This document shows, piece by piece, positions 47,526 to 59,249 of a stretch of DNA of 63,761 bases (the first letter of the stretch is position 1; each line of letters opens with the position of its first letter). The translations under genes were made by a program, and so were the position numbers. The notes beneath the pieces are model-generated. The model saw nothing but the letters and a program-made list of their open reading frames with translations, was not told the DNA's origin and did no database searches. The stretch comes from Gnetum montanum (Eukaryota; Plantae; Gnetophyta), in NCBI GenBank assembly GCA_015680685.1, contig MNCI01002786.1, positions 4,766-68,526 of the forward strand, in the 5' to 3' direction.

Positions 47526-50500
47526 ATGTCTAATGCTAGATTTAAAGTTGATGATGAAGGACTCCACAACAAGACAAGGGCTCTTGATTTAACTTGTACT
47601 ACACTAGGGGTGTTTTCCTCTAGTCTAAGATTTTAGGAGGTAGTTATAGAATAGGTGGGGAAGGACTTAGAGAACTACCCCACCTGGTACCTGAAGGCAT
47701 TCAAGCGGTGCCAGACCTATGATTGGCTTGATGAGCGATGGGCTAGTGATAAGCCTATCTTCAAAGAGCTTTTTGTGCCACCATGTACATCACACATGCC
47801 ATTTGTTCCACATGATTATTCATTATTTTGGCTTGGCTCTTATTGCTTGTTCTCATACACATGTTGATTGCATGATACTAACATTATGTTTGCCTATGTT
47901 ATAGCTATTGTTGCTTTAGGAGAGGTAATAGTGGTCACTACTACTCATAATGAGGCCACCCTCATTTTGAAGTATGGCAATGTGGAGGGGGCACAAGATT
48001 GGTTGTGCTATTAGGACCTTAGAGTCTTTGACTGGTTGACTTATGTGTGCTAGATTTATGGACCTTTTCTTGGCCCTTAGCCCAAGCACACTAGTGGCCA
48101 AGATGGTGACCATCGTTGACTCCTTTAGCCATGATGCCCATCACTTTGTTATTCATTTGCATAAAATGAGGGTATCCTTGAACCTCAACAATGTCTTCTT
48201 TGCTAACTCCTTTAGTCTTCCTTGTGTGGGCCCCTCAATCATTGACAAGCCCAACAGAGAGGTGGACCAAAGAGAGGAGATTGAGGAGTTTCTAGGGACC
48301 ACTCGCTCTCATAAAGGCATCATGGTTGGGAACATGCAGGTGCCTAAGGTTTGAAGGCTTTACCCTCTTTTCTATACCCATGCCTTTCCTAAGTTGCTCT
48401 CCCAAGGAAAGGTCCTTGGAATAGAGTAGGTGCGAGTGATGTAGGAGGTTATATCGGAGGGTACCAGGTTTAACTAGGCCTTTTCTATCACTACTAGAGA
48501 TTATCAGGCTTTGCTAAAACATCCATGTAAGATATAACTTTCACTTTTCATTCTTTGTAGCCTATCTATGAAGGCTTGCAAAGTTCCTGGTGATCAAAGA
48601 TAGTGGGCATTGGATTGTGCAAGATCACAAGTAGATGTTCAAGCCATGGATTAAGCATTTGTTCACCACCACTTATGTGTAGGACCCTCCAAATGGGATT
48701 GAGAAGTTATATTCAGTTATGACAAAGGCACATCTAGGAAGGTCACAATCACCATATTCCCATGATAGCACAGGCAAGTATCCACCAATAGTTGTTGGGG
48801 ATGTGAAGAGGGCAAAGCAGTATATTGTGGAGATGGTGGGGTCCTTCAAGGAAAAAATCAAGAGGTTGCACCCAACAAAGGAGACTCCCCCTATAGTTGG
48901 ATGAGCAGGCTTCAAGAAATTTTGCCTTAAGAAACCCACACTTCATTCAATGGTTGTAGGTTAGTGCACATCATAGATGCATTTGGCTTATATATTTTTA
49001 TTTTTTTTGGTTTATTATGTTATGCTAATACCGCTACACTATGTGAGTTAGGCAAGAGGGCTACTAAGGAAGCATCAACAGTGACAGTAGGTGCAATGGA
49101 CATGACCCTTCCTTAGGTTGAAGAGGAAGTAGCTCATAGGAAGAAGCCACTAGAGGCCCTAGAGGTCTCCCAATAGTTTGATGCAGAGGGGTTGTTCTAC
49201 CCTGAGGGTGACTTTGCCAACCTCTTCAACGATGTGCAGTTGGGAGATCCATTTGTGCTAACATCTGAGGGCTTTCTTGGTAAGAAATTTGTGTAATTAT
49301 CTACTTTTGCCCCTTGCTCTTAAGTCTTGATGACTCGATTATTGTTAAGTTTTACATTGTGTTTGCATTACAACCTCAAACCTTCCTACTAGTGATCCAT
49401 CACCAATGCCTACCCATTGCATGAAGACATGGGTAGAGACACCAGATAAATTCACCTTCATGGAAGGCATCATGGAGGACATGGTGGACCACATATAGTA
49501 GGCAGATCCCAAACTTGCTATGCATGTTATTTTTCTTGAACTGCTTTACCGATTCTATGGGTTAGTTTATTGCTAATATTGGTTTGTCCATTATATACTA
49601 ATAGGCTCTAAGCTTCGCTAGGATCCAAATTGGGTAGCTCACGTGGCTGCCATCCCTGAGTATCCCCTCGAGGTGGAGAAAGTACCTCATCATGTGTATG
49701 AGGTGGTGACAAAGTGCATGCTTTCTAGTGCGAAGGAATTGTGGACCTATAGGTGCTCAAATGAGCACCTATGTAAATGCATGCATGAGCTCTAGGAGGT
49801 AGTGGTGAGCTTGACCATAAAGAACGAGGACCTCCATTCCCATTATGACTTCTTGTCAGCTTAGGCATGTAAGGATGGTACTTGGTAGACATCAGAGATA
49901 GATTACACTAGGTACTAGTCATCACTTTGAGGTAATAATGAGGCTACCTAGGAGATCGTCGAGCAAAGGTTGCAGATGGATCTACTCTCACAGAAGAATG
50001 AGGAGTGAAAGAGCTTTAACACCAAGGTGTGAAAATGGGGCCATATGTAGAAGGACCACAAGCACCACTACAAGAAAGAGTGGGACACCTGCATACAATG
50101 GCTCAAGGACAAGTTTGTGAAGGATCATTGCCTTGAGATGTTCGTTGAGGTGATTGTCCAGAGTCAGGCATTTGAGTTGTTCACCCAACATACAATGGTT
50201 AGCAGTTTCCCAGAGTGAGAGATTACCCTACCCTTAGGATAGACTTCTATGGTCACCTTTTCTATGCAACCCCCTACATGGACTATTGTGGGCAAGGACA
50301 AGATCCTTGCAGATGTTGACTTTAGCCACAAGGACTAAACATAGTTATCAAAGGTTGAGATCCTTCGACGCTTGGAGGAGGGTCTCGATAGATTGCCTCT
50401 AGAGTTTGATGTAAGATCCTCTTGGGTTAGTTTTGTTTTTGTCTTTTATTCTTTTATGTGTGTTAGCTTTACATGTTAATTTTGTATTGTAGCTTTACAC

Positions 50501-50623
50501 TTTTTGATTAATTTGTTGTTTTGTGTTGTTTTGAGATAGACACCAAGCAATAGCATAGGCCCCAGTGAAGCAGTAGAGGAGGAGGAGGAGGAGCCTCAAC
50601 CCCCACCAGATACCATCAGCTGA
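47526..50623 (+). pseudogene. Antisense multi-exon gene nested in the B2 intron
   Basis: MSNARFKVDDEG...; FMDLFLALSP...FFANSFSLPCVG...GTRFN*A; ends EEEEEEPQPPPDTIS*. Intron positions match B1. Confidence 0.8.
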
Positions 50624-50829
50624 GCCAACCTGATGTAGCCTTGCTATTGGGAAATTTTGCACTTTGATCATTTTTATTACATGGTCATGCTATGTACTTT
50701 TACTGATAGAGATATAATACAACTTATGTTTTTTGTAATGGGAATTGTATGTGAAACTTTATGTTATTTTGCTACTATTTAATGCAAGTATTATGACTTA
50801 GTTGATGTGATTGGACCGCTTGTGAATCC

Positions 50830-51080
50830 CATGCTAGTTTAAGGCCATGGCGAAAGGGCCATTGCTAGTTTAAGGCCATTTTGGACCATGAATAAAATGA
50901 AGCAATTGCTAGTTTTGGGCCATGGTAGGTTGCAAGGTGCTAGTTTTAGGCCATTGTAGGTTGTATGCTAGTTTAAGACCTTGTTGAGCCATAGAAATGT
51001 GAGATAGGTTGCCACTTTTAGGCTATGGTAGGCCATGTGCTAGTTTAGGGCCTTTGCAAGATGTGGGCTAGTTTAAGGGA
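50830..51080. repeat. Tandem motif array near the donor end of the B2 intron
   Basis: About eight copies of GCTAGTTT(A/T)AGGCCAT. Confidence 0.88.
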
Positions 51081-51368
51081 TTTTCAAACCCCCCCCCCCC
51101 CCCCCCCTTTTTTTGCAATTTTAGTTTTATAATTTTTATGTGTTTCTAATGTTTTTTTAAGGTGTAAAAGACTAAATGAGAATGCATAAGCAAAATAGGT
51201 AAATGCATAACAAAGTGAATAATGCAAAATGCGAACAACCATGCAAAACATAACTATGTAAGAAAAAGGCTAATAGGGCTAATAGAGCATGCAAAAAATT
51301 GAGGGCAAGTAAGAACTTAACACATGCTACACTAAGGAAGTACCTTAGCCACGTAGTTTCTTCCTAAC

Positions 51369-54300
51369 CTAATGTGGGTTAGGAGGTGCATAGGGCCTAG
51401 GTATCATGAGGTGTTATTCACCTATACCTTCATCATTTATGCTAGAGGATAATTTTGCTCATAAAGCTTCCTTGGGGAAGGTATCAACCTCTTTTAGCTC
51501 TTCAAGTGGGTCTACTGGACAAGGTTTACTCCTATCCTTCATAGGTACTGCATCAGCAAGGAACTCTACCTCTGACCCTTGGTCTATGTCAATGTTGTTA
51601 ATGGTTGGAGGGGCCAAGTTATCACCATGTATGATCACTTCTCCACCTTCATATGGAAGGTGGATCTCTTGGTGAATGGGTGAGGAGACAGCCCATAATT
51701 GGTCTAGCCAAGGCCTTCCTAATATTAGGTTGAACCCTAGCATCTCTTCAATGACAATAAATTCAATTGTCTTGGGGAATTACTCCCTTTCCATGAAGGC
51801 TATTATGACTATTCCCTTCATGACAACGTGTGATCTATTAAAGGACTTAAGGCATGTTGTCCTTGTGGCCTGGATCTAGTTAGCTAGACTGAGTTTGTTA
51901 ATGACTAGGAATGGGATGACATAGGTCACCATCCCATCATCAACATGTACCCTATGAATCTTGCATTGCCCTACATGGATGGTTATAAATAGCAATGCAA
52001 TGGTAACTTCACCCTTTTCAGGGCCTACCTTGATTGCCTCATCATAAAATGCTAGAGGTGTTGGACCTGATTCTTGGGATGAAAGAGAAAGCATCATAGT
52101 GTGAATGGCTTGTTCATCTGCTAGGATGTCCTCCTTGATAGGAATGAAGGCCAAATGTGTGAACTAGTGCTTCACAATGAGTGGATGAGGTCATCACCAA
52201 GTTGTACAGGCTCAAGGTTGTCTTTTTTTATTTAAGATCCTTCTTAACTTATGTCAACACATCTAGAAAGTCCTTACCATCGTCAGTTTCCTTGTTAGCC
52301 ATCATCTTCTCCATGTGGCCAAAAAGGAGGATCTCTTAGGAAGGAGATTTAGGCTTATTTTATTTTTCTTTCTTATAAGCCTCAGTGCTTGGTTGTTGAT
52401 CACTTGTAGTAGCTTCAGTTGATATGGCTATAGGAATAGCATACAAGGCGATGGGCTTAGGTAGACCTAATTCCATGCATTCCCTCATCATTTAGTCAGT
52501 GAGGTTCTCATTTGGCCTCCTAGTCTACCACCTTGATTACCTGGTGTTGTATGCGAGATGAGGCCTTGAGCGAGTAGGACTTGTTGCAATGCCCACCATT
52601 GAACCCAGCGAAGGGTCCACACATTGTGGCACCCTAATGACAAAGGATGTCTAGGTTGTAGCCACCGTAACATGCTACGGGGTCCTAACCTCAAAGGGTG
52701 TCATGGGTGCCTGAGGTGGTGCTCTAATGACAAAAGAGGTCCTTGGACCTATTGATGCCAAAGAGGCCCCAATGTTGTCAGAGGGCACACAAACCACAAA
52801 TGGCTCTCATGCCAGTCCTACATTGTCAATCATTGATGACATAGCCTAAGACACTTGCATTGAGAGGGTCTTTGTAGACCTTCCTTGATTGATTTTCCAA
52901 TCAAATTGGGTTGGTTGAATCAAGCACCAGTTGGGCTTGTCAATCATGTATTGTATGTCATCTTGTAAGGACATGTAGATGTCCGTGTCATGGCTAGGAA
53001 ATTGATGATAATGCTAGAACCAATCCAACCTAAAGTGTTTTGGGACTAGAGGCTCATCTAGTATAGCTACTAATGGATTTCTAAGGAGCTCATAGTAGCA
53101 ATCATGACACTTGTAAGCATTTTTAGATATTTTCTTGTACTTGATATGCCTAGCACTAAGTAGCTAACCCAAAAGTTCCAATGGTTTGATGGGAAACAAT
53201 GTATGCTTTGAGAAATCCTTGCACTCAAAGTTTGACCTTGGGGCAGCTTTCCTTGTAGCTATTGATGATGTGGGCTGATTGGTCATCATAGTGTTAAAGC
53301 TAATTTCCTTGTTATTGACTAGGGCTTTGGTTACCTTGGCTATTGGTTTGGCATTGCCCAGCTTGGCCTCATTGGCCACTGCTACAATGGTTGTTCTTGC
53401 CTTGCCCTTCTCCTTGTCTTTCTTCGTGTGTGCATTCTTGTAGGCCATGTAGGTCAAATCCTTACTAGCTTCTACTGCATCCTAAATGCTCTTCATTTGA
53501 GCAAATGCTTGGCTTAGGGATTGTGGGTCAGGATAATACAATTTCAACTTAATGGAGTCATTTACTGCACCTTTAAAAATGGCTAGTAGGTGAGTTTTCA
53601 CAATAGGATCATAGATTTCATTAAGTGCAACACTTCATCATCGGATGAACTTTGAATGGGCTCTAAGTGGCCTTACTTAATTTGTGTGAGTTGGTCTAGG
53701 ATTTCCTCAGGCTTCAAGTTGTACTTGAAGTGAGTGATAAATTGGCTAAGCAAATCCTCCAATGAAAATATGGAGGCCCCAGGGACCGCACAATACTAGT
53801 CTAGCACCTTGTTGATTAGGGACATGGAAAACACATGAATGATTGCATGTGGTCATGATTGCAAAAAGGTACTCAAACTAGAAGGTCACTAGATGGGTGT
53901 GGGGGTCTCCTTCACCATCATATTTGGTGAACTAGGAAAGTTGAACACCAAGAAGTAAGGTTAGCGATGGGACAATGGGACTAATGGGGTCATCCCAGTA
54001 GAAGTCCATTAGTTGGACCATGTCAGAAGAGGTGGCCTTAAGCTATTTGACCTCTTTATTAAGCATCTGAATGAGCTGGAATTCTTAATCTAGGCTTGGT
54101 ATGGGTGCAACTAGTTACATTGGTTGTGCAACCTATTTTGCTATTGGCATGGTCCAAAGCCTTACCGTAGGCTATGCAACTACGTAGGATGCTTGTTAAG
54201 TGTATTTTTGTAAAGGCTATTGCACATGCTACTATTGCATGTGTTCTTCCTAGGGCACAAAAGCAAGGCCCCACCATGTGGTTGTGGCTTGGGCCATCAT

Positions 54301-54850
54301 AGGAGGCACCACAGAGATAGGTGGAACATATAACACCTAACCTACATGTGGTTGGAACATTGGCATTGTGTGCATGTAGGGCTAACTTGGCATCAGGAAT
54401 GCTAACATAGAGGATTGCATAGATTATGCCAAACCACAAAGGATGGGATAATAGACAATCCTACACCCTAATGCATATGCACTTGATGGATTGCCACAAT
54501 GGGCGTTAGTCTAGGTGGGTATAAGAAAGATGTTGTTCCCTCAAAGAAGGTAGATGGCTAAGACTACAAAGGAGTGACATTAGAGGTGGGTAGTAGAAAA
54601 GATACATAAAAGGGATTCTCATTTTCTAAGTGAGCCTCAAATTTCTCCTACCCATCATGCAAGGTCTCCTCATAGTCGATTGCTACGTCATGCTCATTCG
54701 ACCCTCTTAGTTGGAAGAGTTGGTTGAGCATCCACCAAAAGATCTCAATGAGAGGGATGAGATCATTAGGGGCAAGGAAGTACTCCCTCCCATTCCAATG
54801 TATGAGCTCATAACCTTGCTTTGCCTCCAACTCTTGGTAGTCTAAGGGAA
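51369..54850 (-). pseudogene. gag: gag-protease of B2
   Basis: KYDGEGDPHTHLVTF near 53900; RVHVDDGMVTYVIP; FNLILGRPWLDQLWAVSSPIHQ. Confidence 0.87.
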
Positions 54851-55463
54851 TGCTTGCCTAGAGCTTCACACAAAGGAAGTTATATTTGTCTTTGTTGAGC
54901 ATCATGTGCTTAGAAGACTGGTTACGAAGCCTGAGGGATTACCTTCCCACAAAGATGGACCCCTTGGTTCCAAGGATGTCAATTGTGAATTCTTGTTATA
55001 CAAGTTGAACAACGACTGCACCTAAGGTAGAGGTTGAAGGCTCTTCGAGATTCATGATGCTGTGAAAAAATGCAAAAGGTGCAATGCTAGAAAAGAAGTG
55101 GTTAAGTATAATGAGTGCTAAAAATGCCTATGTATAAAAATGCCAAAATTATAACCAAGTATGAGAATGCTAATAGAAAAAGTATCTAACTCCAATGCTA
55201 CACTTGCTATGCTATAGGTTGATATGTTCCTATGCTGAGGGCAAGCTACACTCTTTCTAGCATGTAGAGTTTAGGGCCTAAGTGCAAGGGATACACTTTA
55301 GCTTTTGTCTTCAAGGTTCTAGGGGAATTGATAACTAGGACCAATCTACATCAACTGGATCGTAGACAACCACAAGGGTGTCACATCTACACTAGTTTGA
55401 AGCTAGTAATGGAGGTGCAAAGAGTACACGACACTACTATTGAATGTAGAAGGAAATGGTGGG

Positions 55464-55480
55464 CCCTCCTTCTAGTACTA
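55464..55480 (-). promoter_or_regulatory. Primer-binding site of B2 (tRNA-Asn type, degenerate)
   Basis: The minus strand reads TAGTACTAGAAGGAGGG next to the 5' LTR. Confidence 0.75.
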
Positions 55481-55486
55481 GAAAAT

Positions 55487-57159
55487 AGTAGCAACTAAAA
55501 ACATCAGTGGCTAGAATGCTAAGGGGTTTGCGGGCACACAGCCTCAACCCCACCTCCACATGAGGGCTTTTGTTGGAAAATAGAGGTGGAGTACCCTAGA
55601 TGGTCTTGTTGATCGAATAGGGACTTTACTAGCTACAATTAGGGTATTCGGTGCAACTGGGGGTGGCATGGTTAGCCAAAAATCTGAGCACTAATGGTGT
55701 TCTTAGCAATACTGAGGCCAACTAGGCATAAGCATAGTGGGGTCTCGCAGCACAAGAATGACATTGCAAGTGTGAAAAAAATGTGTAAAATAATGAAAAA
55801 GTGCGAATGTAGTGCTGAATTTCAAGGAAAATGCTTAAAATGCAATGGAGAAAATGCTTAGAATGTAAAGGATTTTGGTAGAAAGAAAGGATGATACCAC
55901 CCTGAATGTGGAATGTAGCAATTACAAATGAGCTTTGCAGAGGTACGTGGTGGTATAGATAGCCCTAGTAGTAGCATAGCCAAAGTCTTTAAGGTATCCT
56001 AGGGTAAAGACTAACATTCACTGCAAGGTCCATGTCTAATGGGTTAACTTCCATGGTGTCTTACGAGCTTGCATTGCACTGTGGTGCTGAGTGGGATGCA
56101 AAAGGGGTTGCCAAGATGCTAATATGCTCCAATGTACGAGGTTCTCAAGGTGCTTGAAGTGCCAAATGGTGCTCTAATATGCTAACTGTTGCTTGGATTT
56201 GCTTGCCAAATGCTTCAAATGCCCACCCACTACTAGAATGAATTTTCAACCCCTAGAGTGTGGAATGTAGGGGTATTTATAAGCTTAGGATTAACGTGAA
56301 GTGTGGATCGTGTGCCATGTGGCAAAGGGGTAGGTGGGGCTACACTGACCTTTGCTACACTCCCAGGGGAACAACTAGTGTTACGCCCTGGTATGCTCCA
56401 TTGGACCCTAGGAGACTACTAGACTATGGCTACATTGCTAAGATTGCATGTGTCAAAACTACAATGTACCTACAAATAGTGCAAAATAATGCAATTTGAA
56501 GGCTACACTACGGGACTACGTTCTCCCCTCTTTCAAGTGGGATCAAGCATAGGTACAATTTTGGGACATATGAGGAGGTACAAAAAGAGTGCAAGTTGTT
56601 GATCCTGGTTTTCAGAGGAGTGCTACAGGTAAAATGAAGGCCTATGCTAAGCTTTGGAAGCTTTTGGAGGTAGTTTCTTATTACTATGCTATCTATGCTT
56701 TGGAGCATAGCACAACGGTCAAGAAATTCTTGCAAAAACTAAAGTCCAGTGCTACTACGCTTGCTATGCTAGAGAGCATAGCAGGATGGAATAGTGTGTA
56801 GCATGGACACTTAGAAAAATATAACAAAAATTGTAGTCCTTGTTATTGCTACGCCAACTACAGTCAAGAGTGTAGTAGAAAGGGTAGCTTTAGGAGTTAG
56901 AAAATTTGCCAAATGCTTCTTCCATGCTGAGCTTGCTTGAAAACTTCTAGCAAGACACTTAGAAAAATTTTCGTAGCTACTATTTGACACTTAGAAAATT
57001 TTATAAATTTGGTTCTATTGCATGCTACACTAGCTACGCTCTAGAGCATAGCTCGAGTAGTGGGAACATGGGCCAAACACTTAGAAAAAAATTACCTTGA
57101 GTTAACACTTAGACAAATTTGTTATTGAAGTGTTGTTGTCCAAATTTGGCGATGTTTCA
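55487..57159 (-). repeat. 5' LTR of B2
   Basis: Homologous to 37670-39415, with a ~100-bp deletion near 56950. Confidence 0.92.
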
Positions 57160-57164
57160 ATAGC

Positions 57165-57971
57165 CCTAGAGAAAAAACTATAAATACAAGCTCCCCAGCT
57201 ATGTTTATGCATAAGAAGTCATAGTAGTAGCAGAGCTCTTGTAGTTTGTTTATTTGAAAGTTAGAATATTTTTCCAAGTGCTCTCAATAGGAGTCATTGA
57301 GTGTACAAATCTTTATTCAAGCAATATTGTACATGAACCACACTAATGTGTATAGCAATAAAGACAAGCTTCTTGATAAACCTTGCAGCATTCTATGGAT
57401 AGTTTAAGATGATTTATTCATGCATTTAATGCTTTTAGTTATTTATTCAATGTTTTATAGTAATTAAGATAATCAAGTAATTAAGTGAGATAAGCTAGAT
57501 AGATTAAATACATAAGTACGATTGCTTCAAGCGTAAACACATATGTGCTTGGTAATCTCAGCAGCATTATTGCTTGGTGCACCCAGTAGTGTAACACTTG
57601 GTAACCTAGCAATGGATACATGAGTTTGAGATGTGTACAAAAAGTGGGACTGGATGCTTATGTTACGACTAGTTAGAGATTAGTTAAATAGTTAAATTAA
57701 ATTAGTTCTCAATTTTCTTTATCTTTTTCTTTAAGTACCAAAACTATAAAACATAAAATGATAAAAATCATATGCCTCGATTACACTTAACCATACCATT
57801 GTGCATCACAAGTGTAATTGGGAAGACAACAAACAACCATTAGGGCAAGAATCACTTCCTAGAAGACTAGTGCACTGAAAACTAGAGAGTCCACAAAAGT
57901 TGACTGGATCACACATGAGCACTCTATGATTCGTATGGTTGGGCATAGGGGTAACTATTCACCACTCATCA
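57165..57971 (+). repeat. 3' LTR of A, second part
   Basis: Aligns with 1140-1927 and ends CTCATCA. Confidence 0.92.
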
Positions 57972-58129
57972 TTTAAATTTACTTCTTGGTTTGCTTTTAT
58001 TATCTTTCCCTTTCATTTCCAACCCATGTTGGATATTATTCAGAGTTATTTTTATTAAAGGTCGACAATGGAATAAGGTTCCTTTAAGCTTGTTGTGGTA
58101 GAAATTTAAAGTTTACTAAAGCTAATTTG

Positions 58130-58545
58130 AGTTACCATGACTTATCGAAAGGTTATGATTTATAGTGTCACAAGTTGTGATGACTAATCATAGGTAATGA
58201 TCAAATCCTTCTATTACACTAGAAGCCAATCATGAGTTATGGTTTAATAGAAATAAAGAAGAAATGAACTCTTTGAATATCATGAGCTAGCCACAATTCA
58301 TGATTAGATCCTAGTGAATGTTTTGACCTTCATGATACCTCCTTGGATTTTAAATTTATTCCATGAGTAAATTACAAGTTGTGGAACTAATGAAAGATCG
58401 AGCACAAGTGGACCACAACTTGTGATCTTCTACCAATAGTTGTGATAAAGTCATGATTGTTGAGCATGTTTCATGATCACCTAGAGATATCTTTATATGT
58501 ACCACAAGTCATGACGAACTTGTGATGAATTCATGGTCTTGTAGG
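58130..58545. repeat. Degenerate array of CACAAGTTGTG and TCATGA palindromic motifs
   Basis: Recurrent cacaagttgtga, cacaacttgtga and tcatga. Confidence 0.55.
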
Positions 58546-59249
58546 AAATAGAAAATGACATCAAAACTAAAATTTGATGATAATTTGAACAAATTTGAGG
58601 CACCTACTTTAGAAACAAAGACTAAAGATAGGTTTTATAGCATCCAAACATGGTGAGATAATCTTGAATTAGAAAATAAGCATGAATTAAGTTTTAAATT
58701 CAACTTGTATGTGAAAAATGTAGAAAACCATTTTAAACATTCATGAACTCTTAATCCATATTAAAATAACTTCAAATGCTCTTAGAAACATGAGATAAAC
58801 ATGAGGAAAGATTCTCATAACCTAAATAAGCTTGGAACAAGAACACATCAAGAGAGTTATGTGATTTTACATCAAATTAACATGAAATGACTAAAACCCA
58901 TGAACATGAATACGAAATGTAACTTAAATTTGTAAATGACGAGTGAATCCCTTAAATTAGCATACAAAATAACTTATAAATTCTTTAAATCATCACTAAA
59001 TACATTAGAAAACATACATTTAACTTCAAAACTTAAGAAAACTTAAAATTGGAACATGCATTTAAGAAACATGTGATAATGAACAAAATTATAAGAAATT
59101 ATAAAAGAAAAGCTTGCAAGAAGTTGGAAGAAGAATCCATGAGAAGGGATTCACTCTCTAATTTAGAGAGTTATGCTTCAAGAATGCAAGAAAATAGAGA
59201 GGGAAAAGCTAAAAGAGCTTTAATAAGCATACAAATCTTGCATAAGAAT

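Larger units (their letters stand above)
44920..51368 (-). other. Predicted 6.4-kb intron between protease and RT (B2)
   Basis: Donor TAG|GTTAGG at 51368 (CAG in B1) and acceptor TTTTTGGTTATTTTGTAG|GATATG at 44920. Confidence 0.72.
37670..57159 (-). mobile_element. Element B2: second full-length copy of the B family, 19.5 kb
   Basis: LTRs 37670-39415 and 55487-57159, perfect TSD ATAGC (37665-37669, 57160-57164). Colinear with B1 throughout. Confidence 0.95.
1052..57971 (+). mobile_element. Element A: Athila-like Ty3/gypsy LTR retrotransposon (~9.7 kb without inserts), internally deleted
   Basis: LTRs are bounded by TGATGAG...CTCATCA. TSD is TTTAG (1047-1051) / TTTAA (57972-57976). It has a tRNA-Asp-type PBS, gag, partial integrase, an extra 3' ORF and PPT ATGGGGGTA. 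Confidence 0.9.

Noticed and set aside
51089-51112. Poly-C/poly-T tract
   Set aside because: Simple homopolymer, not conserved in B1.
3401-57159. B1 and B2 as a segmental duplication or misassembly
   Set aside because: They have different TSDs and insertion sites and are substantially diverged, so they are independent insertions.
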